Below, one piece after another: positions 42,622 through 52,406 of a stretch of 58,639 nucleotides of DNA. Position 1 is the first letter of the stretch. Every line of letters begins with the position of its first letter. Both the position numbers and the translations under genes were made by a program. Under the pieces are notes generated by a model that saw only the letters and a list, made by a program, of their open reading frames with translations, was not told the origin of the DNA and searched no databases. Origin of the DNA: Opitutales bacterium (GTDB taxonomy: Bacteria; Verrucomicrobiota; Verrucomicrobiia; Opitutales; JABDGR01); contig DASZWY010000273.1 in NCBI GenBank assembly GCA_035546135.1, positions 1-58,639 of the forward strand. Direction: 5' to 3'.

Positions 42622-44540
42622 GCCGAGGCCTGCAACTCGAACAGCTCGGCATAGCGGCCGCCCTTGGCGACCAGCTCCTCGTGGGAGCCTTCTTCGATGA
42701 CCACGCCCCGATCAAGCACCAGAATGCGGTCCGCCATGCGCACCGTCGAAAACCGGTGGGAAATCAGGATGGCCATCTTCCCCCGCGTCAATTCCGTGAA
42801 ACGCTGGAAAAGCTGGAATTCGGCGCGGGCGTCCAGCGCGGCGGTCGGCTCGTCGAGAATCAGCAATTCGGCGCTGCGGAGGTAGGCGCGGCTTAGCGCC
42901 ACTTTTTGCCATTCGCCGCCCGAAAGCTCCGTGCCGTTTTCAAAACGCCGCCCCAGCATTTGTTCGTAACCGCCCTTCAGGCGGCCGGCGACCTGTGACG
43001 CGAGGCTGCGCGCCGCCGCTTGCTCAATTCGCTCCTGATTTTCCAGCGCCTCCAACTCCCCCACCCCGATGTTTTCGCGCAGGACCAGGTCGTAGCGCAT
43101 GAAATCCTGAAAGATGACGCCGATGGCGCGGTGCAACGACGCGAGGTCGTATTCGCGGAGGTCCACGCCATCGAGCAAAATGACGCCTTCGCTCGGATCG
43201 TAAAGGCGGGTCATCAATTTGACGAGGGTGGTTTTCCCCGAGCCGTTTTCGCCGACCAGCGCCAGCCGCTGGCCGGGCGTAAGCGTGAATGACACATGCC
43301 GCACCGCCCAGACTTCGCTGCCCGGATAGCGGTAACTCACGTCGCGAAATTCAAAGCCTTGCGTGAAGGGCCGGGCCACGGGCCGGGCGTTGGGCGGTGA
43401 GAAGATGGACGGCCGAATGTCGAAAAAAGTGAAAAGGTCGTTCAAATAGAGCGCCTGGCCGTAAAGCTGCGAAACCGACATCAGGATGCCCTGAATCCGG
43501 TCGCGGCTTTGCCGGAAGGACGCAGCCAGGAAGGCAAAAACGCCGATGGTAAACACGCCCATGGGGGAATGATAGCCCTGCACGGTGAGCACGATGATGC
43601 AGACGTAGGCGCTGTAGTAGCCGGTGGTGCTCAGCACCGCCAGCAGCCAGCCCACCCGGCTTTGGTGAATGGCCAGCCGGGCGTTCGCCTCCTCAAACGA
43701 ATCCGCCAACGCGACAAACCGCCCCACCAGCCAGTCCGAAAGCGTGAAGAGCTTGACCTCCTTGACCGCCTGATTGCTCGTGCCTACGTTGCGCAAGTAG
43801 TCGAGCTGGCGCCGGGCGGCCGTCCAGCGGTAAAGCAGCGAATAGCTTTTGGTGGCAAAGTGGGCCTCCCCGATGAAGGACGGCAGCACCGCGATGGCCA
43901 GGGGAATCAGCAGCCACGGCACATACAGCACCAGCGCCCCGGTGAGCAAAATCAGGGTGAAAAAGTTCTGCACCGCCCCCAGCACAATGGCCAGGACCCC
44001 CACCGAGCTGGTCGCCTGGCGCCGCGCGCGGTCCAGCTGGTCGTAAAATTCCGAGTCCTCAAACTGTTTCAGGTCCAGGGTCGCGGCGTGCTCCATCAGC
44101 CGCGCGCTGACGACGTTGCTGAAGCGGTCGCCCAGCAGCGATTCGCTCAACGTGTTGGCGCGCGTGACGGCGTCGTTGAGAATGGCCAGGAGAAATTCCG
44201 CCGCCACCAGCCGCCAGAGCTGGGACCAATCCGGCGTGCCTCCGGCGGTGTGAATCCGCACGCCGAGCACCACGGCGTCAATGATCAGTTTGCCAATCCA
44301 CAGAATTCCCAGCGGAATCACCGACCGCACCACGCGCAGCGCCATGATGGCCAATGTGAGCCGGCGATTCGTCTCCCACACCATCCGGAACAGGCGGGGC
44401 ACGTTTTTCAGCGTGGCAAAACGTTGCGCCCAAGAGGGACGGTCCACCATTGGGACCGACGGCTTTTCCGGCGAACGCGAAGCGTGGGACGACAGAGCCG
44501 ACATCCCCCTTACTGAACCGCGCGGGGGCGCCTGCGTCAA
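42612..44540 (-). CDS. ABC exporter, fused permease/ATPase (MsbA-like type I exporter)
   Basis: N-terminal six-TM domain, then Walker A GENGSGKTT, signature LSGGEWQKVAL and Walker B LLILDEPTAALD. The exact start is uncertain. Confidence 0.88.
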   Translation of the reverse strand: MTQAPPRGSVRGMSALSSHASRSPEKPSVPMVDRPSWAQRFATLKNVPRLFRMVWETNRRLTLAIMALRVVRSVIPLGILWIGKLIIDAVVLGVRIHTAGGTPDWSQLWRLVAAEFLLAILNDAVTRANTLSESLLGDRFSNVVSARLMEHAATLDLKQFEDSEFYDQLDRARRQATSSVGVLAIVLGAVQNFFTLILLTGALVLYVPWLLIPLAIAVLPSFIGEAHFATKSYSLLYRWTAARRQLDYLRNVGTSNQAVKEVKLFTLSDWLVGRFVALADSFEEANARLAIHQSRVGWLLAVLSTTGYYSAYVCIIVLTVQGYHSPMGVFTIGVFAFLAASFRQSRDRIQGILMSVSQLYGQALYLNDLFTFFDIRPSIFSPPNARPVARPFTQGFEFRDVSYRYPGSEVWAVRHVSFTLTPGQRLALVGENGSGKTTLVKLMTRLYDPSEGVILLDGVDLREYDLASLHRAIGVIFQDFMRYDLVLRENIGVGELEALENQERIEQAAARSLASQVAGRLKGGYEQMLGRRFENGTELSGGEWQKVALSRAYLRSAELLILDEPTAALDARAEFQLFQRFTELTRGKMAILISHRFSTVRMADRILVLDRGVVIEEGSHEELVAKGGRYAELFELQASAYR

Positions 44541-44576
44541 CAGTTCAAACCAGACCGGGCGGCAGGCACCCGGCGG

Positions 44577-45257
44577 TTATTTTTTCTTTCGCCGCACGAT
44601 TCGCCGCTTGATCGGATGAAAGATGCCCTTGTATGCGGGCGCCTCCTGCAAGGTTATCCAAGTGATGAGATCGCGGGGAGGACTGAACCCGCAGGGCGGA
44701 AACCCGCACCAATTCGCGGCGGTGCAAAACCGCAATTCGCCGTTGCCCGCGCGAAACGGCACTTTCAGCAACAGGCGGCAAGTAGCCCGAAGCGCCCGGT
44801 CCGAGACCAAGTAGATGAAGGGCGTGCCACCCATGGCAAAGGGCCGGTATTTGGCGGGGAACTTTTTGGCCGAGTCAAACCAGCCCCATTCCACCTCCCG
44901 GTAGGGCAGCCGCACGCTCGAGACCACCAGGGGGAACTCCCAAACCGGCCGGTAATACTCGCGCACGGACATCGTGCAATAGGTGTCCCACTCCACAATC
45001 CACCACTTGGCGCAATGCTCACGCCGCTGGAGAAACCACGAGCACACCAGCCAATCGGACGATTTTTTGGGGTTGGCCGCGTGGAGTTTTTGGAGGGCCG
45101 GGGTCGCCGCCAGGGAATACCCCCCGGGAAAGGCCGCGCCGGCGCTCATCGTCACAATCGTGGCGTCAGGGTTGTGCCGGCGCACGCTCGACAGATTGGC
45201 GCAGACCACGTCGTCAATTTTGTGATGGAGAAACAGAATTCCCAGCGTTGCGGACAT
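44577..45257 (-). CDS. hypothetical protein of the glycan locus
   Basis: 226 aa, rich in W/Y/C/F with normal composition, whereas the opposite-strand ORF looks antisense. Ends in a basic tail RRIVRRKKK. No family recognised. Confidence 0.55.
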   Translation of the reverse strand: MSATLGILFLHHKIDDVVCANLSSVRRHNPDATIVTMSAGAAFPGGYSLAATPALQKLHAANPKKSSDWLVCSWFLQRREHCAKWWIVEWDTYCTMSVREYYRPVWEFPLVVSSVRLPYREVEWGWFDSAKKFPAKYRPFAMGGTPFIYLVSDRALRATCRLLLKVPFRAGNGELRFCTAANWCGFPPCGFSPPRDLITWITLQEAPAYKGIFHPIKRRIVRRKKK

Positions 45258-45524
45258 TTTTGAGTATGGCCCGCGCCAGGGCGGCTACGCAAGTTCTGTG
45301 TCTCGGAGGGAGCAAACCAGGCTACAGTATTTACCTGAGGCTTGGCTACAGGAAGGCACCTAGAAAACTAGGGTCATTGTCTATCATAATGCTATTGCAT
45401 TCCCGGATAGGTGGTATTTTTGTGAAGTATGATGAACTTACCTGAAGGGCCGTTCTTCAGGAAAAAGCGTCGTACCCCCTTTTTTGCCTGCTTCCAGCCG
45501 TAAAATCTCGCTGATTTTCCGCTG

Positions 45525-47432
45525 TTGCCGTCTTCCATGCGCACCCCGCATTTCATCCTAATCTCGTTCGTGTCCGCCGCGACCGCTGTTGCCGCCCTGA
45601 TCTGGCAACAGAATGAAATCAGCACCTTGCAGACCGCGCTCGACCAAGCCCAAAAACGCTTCCTGTCCGCCAAAAAAAACGGCGCCTCGGCCCCCTCGTC
45701 CGCCAGCCTCAAAGAAGTGCTGAGCATCAAGGGCAATGTGGATTTTCTCCGCAATATGATTGAACTGGCCGACCACCTCGATGCCGACGGCGCCCGCGCC
45801 CTGCTGGATGATTTGTGCAAGCAGCCGCTGGCCGGCAAGAACCGCACCGCCATCAATATTCTGCTCGACCGTCTCGTGCGGCTGGACCCGCAAACCGCGC
45901 TGGCCTGGGCCAATTCCGTCTCGAACGCGCATGGCCGCCCGCAAATGCTCGATATGCTCTTCACCACGTGGTCGAACATTGACCCCGTGCAGGCGCTGGC
46001 CGGAGTCGGCCGCATCACCAACCCGAGCCTGCGGGAAAATCTCACCGCGGAAATCCTAAAGGGGATGGTCAGCAACAATCCCGACACGGCCATTGCCGCC
46101 TTGCACATGCTGCCACCCGCCGGCCCGCTGACGTCCGGGGTTTACAACAGCGTTTTTGCCTCTTGGGCCGCTACGGACCCGGGCGCCGCCATGGCCGCGG
46201 CCCTCAAGCTTCCGCCCACGCGCGACCGCAATTTTGCCATCCTTGGCGCGGCCCAAGGCTGGGCCAACGTGGATCCACAGGCGGCGCTGGCCTGGTCCGA
46301 CCACGTTCCGGCGGGCAAGCAACGCGATCAATTCGTCAACCAAGCGGTGACCACGCTGGCCCAAATGGATCCGCAGGCTGCCATCAGCTATCTGGACAAT
46401 GTTGCCAACCCCGGCGCCCGCCAGCAACTGGCCATGGTGGTGGCCAACCAATGGGGGCAGGATGACCCCCAGGCCGCGCTAGCTTGGGCGGAGCAAACCA
46501 CCACCGGGCAAACCCGCGATACCATCATCAAGAATTTGATTGGCCCCCTGAGCCAGATGGACCCCGCCGCGGCGGCGGCCACGCTCGATGAAATTCCGGC
46601 TGGCGGGATTCATGACTCCGCCGTATCTACGCTGGCGGAAAATTGGGCGCAACAAGATGTGAACGCGGCGTTGCAATGGGTGCAAAGTCTGCCCGCCTCG
46701 GCCAGCACGCGCAACCTGACGGCCAACCTGGTCAATGAATGGGCGACCAGCGACCCCAACGCCGCCACGGTTTACGCCCAATCGTTGCGCGACAGCAACC
46801 CTGACCTGTTTGCCAAGTTGATTGGCACCGTCGCCGACAATCGCGAAAGCGCGGACCCCGCCGCCGCGATCGCCTGGGCGCAATCGCTCGCGCCGGATGA
46901 AGGACGCGATATCGCAATCCACAGCGTCACCGTCCAGCTGACCGCCGCCGACCCGCAGCAGGCTTGGAACCTCGCGCTACAGCAGACGCCGGGCGAGCTC
47001 ACGGACAAGACCATCGTGCAGGTCATTGACAAATGGAGCACGCAGAACCCCGCCCAGGCGGCGGAGGCCCTCGCAGCGCTGCCCCCCGGCAACGCTCTCA
47101 CCACCGCGACCAGCGACCTGATGCAAAGCTGGGTGAAGCAAAACCCGACCGCCGCATCCGAATGGGTCAACACCCTGCCGGCGGGCGACGCCCGCAACGC
47201 CGCCGTGGTGCAATTGATTTCCGTGGAAGGCGGCAACGACCTCGCCGCCGCGTTCAACTGGGCGAACTCCATCAGCGGCAACGCCGGCCTGCAAGCCAGC
47301 CAGCTCAGCAACGTGGTGGCGCAATGGGCCGCGAAAGACCCCGCGGCCGCGACTCAAGCCGTGCAAAACGCGCCCCTTACCAACGAACAGCGTCAGAATT
47401 TGCTGGGCATCATCAATACCGCCACGAGATAA
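45525..47432 (+). CDS. membrane-anchored or secreted helical-repeat protein
   Basis: 635 aa. N-terminal hydrophobic segment (FILISFVSAATAVAALIW). Then at least 10 degenerate ~35-40-aa repeats of the form W(A/S)xxDPxAALAW(A/S)xxLPxGxxRDxxxxxL. Confidence 0.75.
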   Translation: MPSSMRTPHFILISFVSAATAVAALIWQQNEISTLQTALDQAQKRFLSAKKNGASAPSSASLKEVLSIKGNVDFLRNMIELADHLDADGARALLDDLCKQPLAGKNRTAINILLDRLVRLDPQTALAWANSVSNAHGRPQMLDMLFTTWSNIDPVQALAGVGRITNPSLRENLTAEILKGMVSNNPDTAIAALHMLPPAGPLTSGVYNSVFASWAATDPGAAMAAALKLPPTRDRNFAILGAAQGWANVDPQAALAWSDHVPAGKQRDQFVNQAVTTLAQMDPQAAISYLDNVANPGARQQLAMVVANQWGQDDPQAALAWAEQTTTGQTRDTIIKNLIGPLSQMDPAAAAATLDEIPAGGIHDSAVSTLAENWAQQDVNAALQWVQSLPASASTRNLTANLVNEWATSDPNAATVYAQSLRDSNPDLFAKLIGTVADNRESADPAAAIAWAQSLAPDEGRDIAIHSVTVQLTAADPQQAWNLALQQTPGELTDKTIVQVIDKWSTQNPAQAAEALAALPPGNALTTATSDLMQSWVKQNPTAASEWVNTLPAGDARNAAVVQLISVEGGNDLAAAFNWANSISGNAGLQASQLSNVVAQWAAKDPAAATQAVQNAPLTNEQRQNLLGIINTATR

Positions 47433-47462
47433 TGGGCGCGGCGCGCACCGCCGAGCCCTGCC

Positions 47463-48110
47463 ATGATTGCCTGGAAGCCCAAGCCGTTTATTTTTGTCCA
47501 TATCCCCAAATGCGCCGGGACCAGCATGGAGGCCGCGCTGATTCCCCTGGCCACCGGCTATGCGAAAATCGAGGATATGCCTTGGGAAAAGCGGGACGGC
47601 CACTGGCTCCCCGGCAAGCATGAAAAGCAGCATTTGAAACTGCGGGAATTCGCCCGCGAATATCCCCTGCGGGAATATTTCAAGTTCAGCATTGTCCGCA
47701 ACCCCTGGGACCGCGCCCTCTCCCAAATTGAGTTCCTGCGCCAGGGACGCACCAGCGCCCACATTTTTTGCGGGCAAAACCTGAAGGAGAATCTGAAAAT
47801 TTACTGCAATTCCACCTTGAAGCCCGGAAACCAGGATTTGGGCGCCTGCCAGCTGGATTACCTGCTCGACGATTCCGGCGAGTGCGGGATGGACTTTGTC
47901 GGCCGCTTTGAATCCCTGCCCTCGGATTTCCGGCGGATTTGCGCCGGCATCGGCGCTGAACGCCCGCCGGATTTTCCCCACCTGAAAAATGCGCGCCGCC
48001 CGCAGCATTACAGCGCCTATTACGACGCCGAGTCCGCCGAATGGGTCCGGCGGCGTTTTGCGCGGGACATCGAGTATTTCGGTTATACATTTGAAACGCC
48101 CGTGGCGTAA
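47463..48110 (+). CDS. sulfotransferase (Sulfotransfer_2-like)
   Basis: FIFVHIPKCAGTSMEAAL is the PAPS 5'-phosphosulfate-binding-type motif of family-2 sulfotransferases. Downstream is FSIVRNPWDRALS. Confidence 0.75.
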   Translation: MIAWKPKPFIFVHIPKCAGTSMEAALIPLATGYAKIEDMPWEKRDGHWLPGKHEKQHLKLREFAREYPLREYFKFSIVRNPWDRALSQIEFLRQGRTSAHIFCGQNLKENLKIYCNSTLKPGNQDLGACQLDYLLDDSGECGMDFVGRFESLPSDFRRICAGIGAERPPDFPHLKNARRPQHYSAYYDAESAEWVRRRFARDIEYFGYTFETPVA

Positions 48111-48407
48111 TCGAGCGAAAAACGGGCCGTAACGGACAAAGCGGCCAAGCCGCACCGGGCCACTTGACTGGGGAACCGATTCAATCTTGCAACGGTTTAC
48201 ACCTTCCATAGGCTCATTGCCTCCCTGCCCACGGCGGTCGCTGCCGAAGTCGTCAGCCCGCGCCGTTGCCGCCATCCTCCCATTTCCTCCGCCCAACGCA
48301 GCGGCCTGCCCCCCGGCCAGCCTGCCTTGTCGAACGCCTCCCTTTTTTCCGATTGTTGCGTCCCCCGACCCACCTTTTGTACCCGGCCAACCGACCCGCC
48401 TTCGCGC

Positions 48408-51400
48408 ATGAGCAATCCCTCCGAACTGGCAGAATCCTACCGCATCCTGGATATCAAGCCCGGCGCCACGCTCGATGAAGTTGAGCACGCCTACGAGGGT
48501 TTGCGGAAAACATGGGACCCCAGCCGCTTTGCCAACGATGAGCCGCGCCGCCGCAAGGCGGAAAAGAAGCTGCGGCAGCTCAACCGCGCCTATGAACGGC
48601 TGAGTGCGGAATTGCGCAACGGCCACCCGCCGGTTGCAGAAGACATGGTTGCCGCCGCGGCCGTCGCGCCGGCGACTACAACTGGCCCCACCCGGCACTG
48701 GTCGAAGAACTGGTGGTTCTTGTGGATACTTTCGATGCTGCTGGCTTTCAGTTACTTGTGGAAAGACAGCATGGCGCGCCTGGAGTCCATCAAGACGACG
48801 ACCAACATCACGATGACGAATTTTCCGTTGCCGGACCATGACCCGAATTCCCCCACGGGTTACCCCGGCAACCAGCACAATCTCGTCCTTCCCGCCCTGG
48901 GCACGGACGGCCAGCACTGGACGATGCAGACCGAGCGGATGCTGGACGGGCGCGAGGGCTTGCGCGTCCGGCATGTGGACTATGACGGCGTGGCGCCCAT
49001 CAGCCAGCGCAGCGACAGCAAGGTCGTCATGAAAGGCTCGCAGGCCGAACAACTCGTCACCAACGGCGGCAGTACGAGCACTTCGAGCTCCTCCACCACC
49101 AACCCCGAGCCAGACGTGGGCGGTCGCGACGTGCATTGGAGCAGTTCGCTGCACTGGCTGGCGGCTGGGCTGGCCTGGATTTACACCCGGTTCAACCATC
49201 TGCCCATCGCCTATAACCTCGAGTTCACGGTCCAGTGGGCAAACACGCTGGCGATTGCGCTGGTGATGTTCTTTGTGCCCCTGGCGATCGTGCGGCGGTT
49301 TGGCTCGATTCCAACCGCGCTGCTGGCGTTCTGTTTCGTGGCGGTTTATCCCTATTACGAATTTTCCTTCGTCGGTTATTTCGACCACCACGGGCTGGTC
49401 GCCTCCTTCGATTTGGAATTGGTGCTGTTCCTGGCCGCCGCGGGGGCGGGCTGGCTGCGCAATGAAAACTTGCACGCCGACAGCCTGGGGCCGGTGGAGC
49501 GCGCGTTGTGGCAATGGCTGCCAACGCGCCCCCAGGCCAAACGCTGGATGATTGCCTCGGGCATCGCCGTGGGTGGCGGCTTGTGGATCAGCACCGCCTC
49601 GGTGATTCCGGCGCTGTTCGGCGTCGGCGTGGCCGCGCTCATCAGCACCGGCTTTTTTGCGCGGCCAGCCGGGCGCGCCCCCAACCCGGCGGTGAAGGCC
49701 GCCGCCCCGTGGATTATGGGAATCTTTCCGGTCTTGTGTTCCATTCCCGCGGCGCTTGCTTTTGGGATTGGCCCCGCGGTGCTCGGCTTGATTGCCGGCG
49801 GCATCGCCGCGGCGGGCATGATTAATGGCACCCTCATGCCTTGGCTGGGCGCTTTCGCCATCGCCATCTTTGCTTTTGTGGTGGACCTGCGGGAAAGTTT
49901 CTGGACCGCCGGCCACTGGTGGGGCGTCTGGGGCGGGATTGGCGGCGCGGCCCTCGGCGCGGCGATTGCCTATGGGCTGACCAAGAACTCCGAGGAAAAA
50001 TTGCCGCTGGGCCGGGCTGACCCGACCCTCTGGCGCGTGTGGGGGGCATCGGCCGGTTTGGCCAGCCTGTTCTTTTATCTGCTGGAATACGCGCCTTCGC
50101 ATTTCACCATGCGGCTCGAGGTCAACCACCCGCTCTATGCGCTGGCGCTGCTTGGCGCGGGCGATGTGTTGTGCCGGCTCTCCTGGCTGATTAGCGGACA
50201 ATCACCGCAGCCCCAACCCCAAGGCGGATTCTGGCGCCGGCAATGGCCCTGGCTGGCGGTTGATGGGTGCGTTACCTTGATTACGGCGGGGATCGTCCTG
50301 GTCTTTCAGCAACGCTTGACCACGATACTGCCATTGACGGTGCTGTTTGTCCTTTGGGTGCTGGTCGTCGCGGCCTATTGGATTGTGCGGTATTTTTCAC
50401 TCATCAAGTTTGACCATCCGACGGACGAGCCGGAGGCCTACTGGCGCAAGAACTGGCTGCTTACCCTCACGAGTCTTGTGATTGTCTGCCTGCTGCCCAC
50501 CGTCGTGATGCTGTTCGGGGACCAGGTGTTCATCATCCGCCCGGGCACCGCGCTCATCAACCTGCACCAGGATTATATTTTGGAATTCCGCAGTTTCATG
50601 CGGCAAATCAGCACCCTGTCGCCGATGCAAATCGTGGGCGGCATCAGCATGCTCCCGCTGGCGGCCATGCCCATGGCGCTGATTGTGTTCGCGCCCGAGT
50701 TGCCGCGCGTGCTCAAGGCGGTGCTGCTGATCGCGGTGCTGCCCGCGTTGATGATGCTCGCGCTGGCGGTGATGCAAATCCGCTGGCTTGGCATCAGTTG
50801 CGCGATGTTGTGCGCGGCGCTGGCCGTGGCGGCCTTGGTGACCACCTTCCCCGGCTCGCCGTATCGGTGGCGGGAGGGCTTCCGCCGGCCCCTGACCGCG
50901 CTGATGCTGACCATGGTGCTGGTGCCTTTCCCGGTTACCTCCGCGGTCTCATGGATCCTCAACAAGGGCAGCGTTGGCGAGCTGGACTTGCAACAAGTCA
51001 TCACCCGCGACTTGTCCGAGCGCCTGCGCATCCGCCTGGGTGACGAGACGGGGGTCATTCTCAGCGGACCGACCACGAGCACGTGGATGATGTATTTCGG
51101 CGGCTTCCATAGCATTGGCTCCCTTTACTGGGAAAATGCGGATGGCCTGAAGGCCGCCAGCGAGATTTATAGCGCCGGGCCGTCCTGGGATGACGCCAAG
51201 AAGCTCATCGACAAATACCACGTCACGCACATTGCCATTTTCTCCTGGGACCCGTTTGCGATGGAGTACGCCCGGCTGGGCGCGGGGATGCGGCTGCCCA
51301 AGGACCGCGATGAGGAATGGGCGCAGTTCCTGAAATTGAAGGACTCCTTCATCCTTAAGCTTTGGCTGGAGCGTCTGCCGCCGCCGCCTTGGTTGCGCTA

Positions 51401-52406
51401 CGTGCCTTATCAAGTGCCCAACAGCCCGCTGCTCAAGGGCGACACCGTCAGCCTGCTGGAAGTCGTGCCGACCATGACGCCCATCGAGGCGGCGTTGCGC
51501 TATGCGCAATACATGATGACCAGCAACAACCCGGAGCAATTGCTGATCGCCCTGAATGGCCAGCCGAATCTCAGCGCGGGGCTCAACGACATCCTGCGGG
51601 CCCGCCCGGGCTACTACCCGGCCTTGATCAGCCGCGCGATGGTGGAGCAAATCCTCTCCGAACTCGCCGCGCGGCGGGGCGACCTGCCGACTGCGCAAAA
51701 CTACCAGGTTGCCTATGGGACCGACGCCAAACAGGTCTACGACGATCTTGACAAGGCCAACGCGCCCGACTTCGCCTTTGAGGACCGCGTCAACCTGGCC
51801 CTGCTGCTCTACAACACCAACCATCCCGCCGAGGCGTTTGCCCAAATCAAAAAGTGCTTTGAAACCGCGACGGAAACCGATTTACGCCACTTGCAAATGG
51901 ACCGCCTGCTCGCGCTGCTCGACGTGGAGGCCCACCTGCCGGCAGATTTGACCGTGCCGCAGAAGACCCTGGACTTCGCGATGAGCCTTCTGCCCAAGCC
52001 CTTGCAGGGCCAGGTGCTATGCGAGCGCGCCATGGCCTTGACCGCCACCGACCAGGCCAAAGCCATTGACACCTTCCGCGAAGCCTTGAAGCTTTCGCCC
52101 GACTTCGAACCGACGCTCACCGCGCTCGCCAAGCTGCTCGTGCTGGCCAAGGACCCGAAGCTGCACAACAGCGCCGAAGCCATCGACCTGGCCAACCGCG
52201 CCGCCGACGTCCTGCATTTGCAGTCGCCCGAAAACCTGCAAATCCTGGCCTGCGCCAGCGCGGAAGCCGGCAAGTTTGACGACGCCATTTTCTATGGCCG
52301 CATCGCCCTCATGTTTATGGAGGACGCCGGCAACAAGGAGGCCATTGCCCAATGGAGCCAGGCAATGAAGGCTTTCGAGAATCATCAAACTTACGCCTCG
52401 CCATGA
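48408..52406 (+). CDS. J-like domain / polytopic membrane (GT-C/STT3-like?) / TPR fusion protein
   Basis: Start set at ATG 48408 (MSNPSELAESYRILDIKPGATLDEVEHAYEGLRKTWDPSRF..LRQLNRAYERL), a J-domain-like fold with WDP replacing HPD. Then more than 15 predicted TM segments. The C-terminal ~350 aa are TPR-like repeats. Confidence 0.8.
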   Translation: MSNPSELAESYRILDIKPGATLDEVEHAYEGLRKTWDPSRFANDEPRRRKAEKKLRQLNRAYERLSAELRNGHPPVAEDMVAAAAVAPATTTGPTRHWSKNWWFLWILSMLLAFSYLWKDSMARLESIKTTTNITMTNFPLPDHDPNSPTGYPGNQHNLVLPALGTDGQHWTMQTERMLDGREGLRVRHVDYDGVAPISQRSDSKVVMKGSQAEQLVTNGGSTSTSSSSTTNPEPDVGGRDVHWSSSLHWLAAGLAWIYTRFNHLPIAYNLEFTVQWANTLAIALVMFFVPLAIVRRFGSIPTALLAFCFVAVYPYYEFSFVGYFDHHGLVASFDLELVLFLAAAGAGWLRNENLHADSLGPVERALWQWLPTRPQAKRWMIASGIAVGGGLWISTASVIPALFGVGVAALISTGFFARPAGRAPNPAVKAAAPWIMGIFPVLCSIPAALAFGIGPAVLGLIAGGIAAAGMINGTLMPWLGAFAIAIFAFVVDLRESFWTAGHWWGVWGGIGGAALGAAIAYGLTKNSEEKLPLGRADPTLWRVWGASAGLASLFFYLLEYAPSHFTMRLEVNHPLYALALLGAGDVLCRLSWLISGQSPQPQPQGGFWRRQWPWLAVDGCVTLITAGIVLVFQQRLTTILPLTVLFVLWVLVVAAYWIVRYFSLIKFDHPTDEPEAYWRKNWLLTLTSLVIVCLLPTVVMLFGDQVFIIRPGTALINLHQDYILEFRSFMRQISTLSPMQIVGGISMLPLAAMPMALIVFAPELPRVLKAVLLIAVLPALMMLALAVMQIRWLGISCAMLCAALAVAALVTTFPGSPYRWREGFRRPLTALMLTMVLVPFPVTSAVSWILNKGSVGELDLQQVITRDLSERLRIRLGDETGVILSGPTTSTWMMYFGGFHSIGSLYWENADGLKAASEIYSAGPSWDDAKKLIDKYHVTHIAIFSWDPFAMEYARLGAGMRLPKDRDEEWAQFLKLKDSFILKLWLERLPPPPWLRYVPYQVPNSPLLKGDTVSLLEVVPTMTPIEAALRYAQYMMTSNNPEQLLIALNGQPNLSAGLNDILRARPGYYPALISRAMVEQILSELAARRGDLPTAQNYQVAYGTDAKQVYDDLDKANAPDFAFEDRVNLALLLYNTNHPAEAFAQIKKCFETATETDLRHLQMDRLLALLDVEAHLPADLTVPQKTLDFAMSLLPKPLQGQVLCERAMALTATDQAKAIDTFREALKLSPDFEPTLTALAKLLVLAKDPKLHNSAEAIDLANRAADVLHLQSPENLQILACASAEAGKFDDAIFYGRIALMFMEDAGNKEAIAQWSQAMKAFENHQTYASP

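Noticed and set aside
45441-45461. Hairpin CCTGAAG-GGCCGTT-CTTCAGG as a possible terminator between divergent genes
   Set aside because: It is followed by an A-run on the + strand and by no U-tract on the - strand. It lies between two divergent gene starts, where a terminator makes little sense.
46977-50201. 1074-aa ORF on the minus strand, spanning the sulfotransferase and the J-like/TM giant gene
   Set aside because: Its composition is extreme (R/G/A/P-rich, with runs such as GGGGARSARTAAVGDE). It has no motifs and is antisense to ORFs with clear family signatures. This is a typical stop-codon-poor antisense frame in high-GC DNA.
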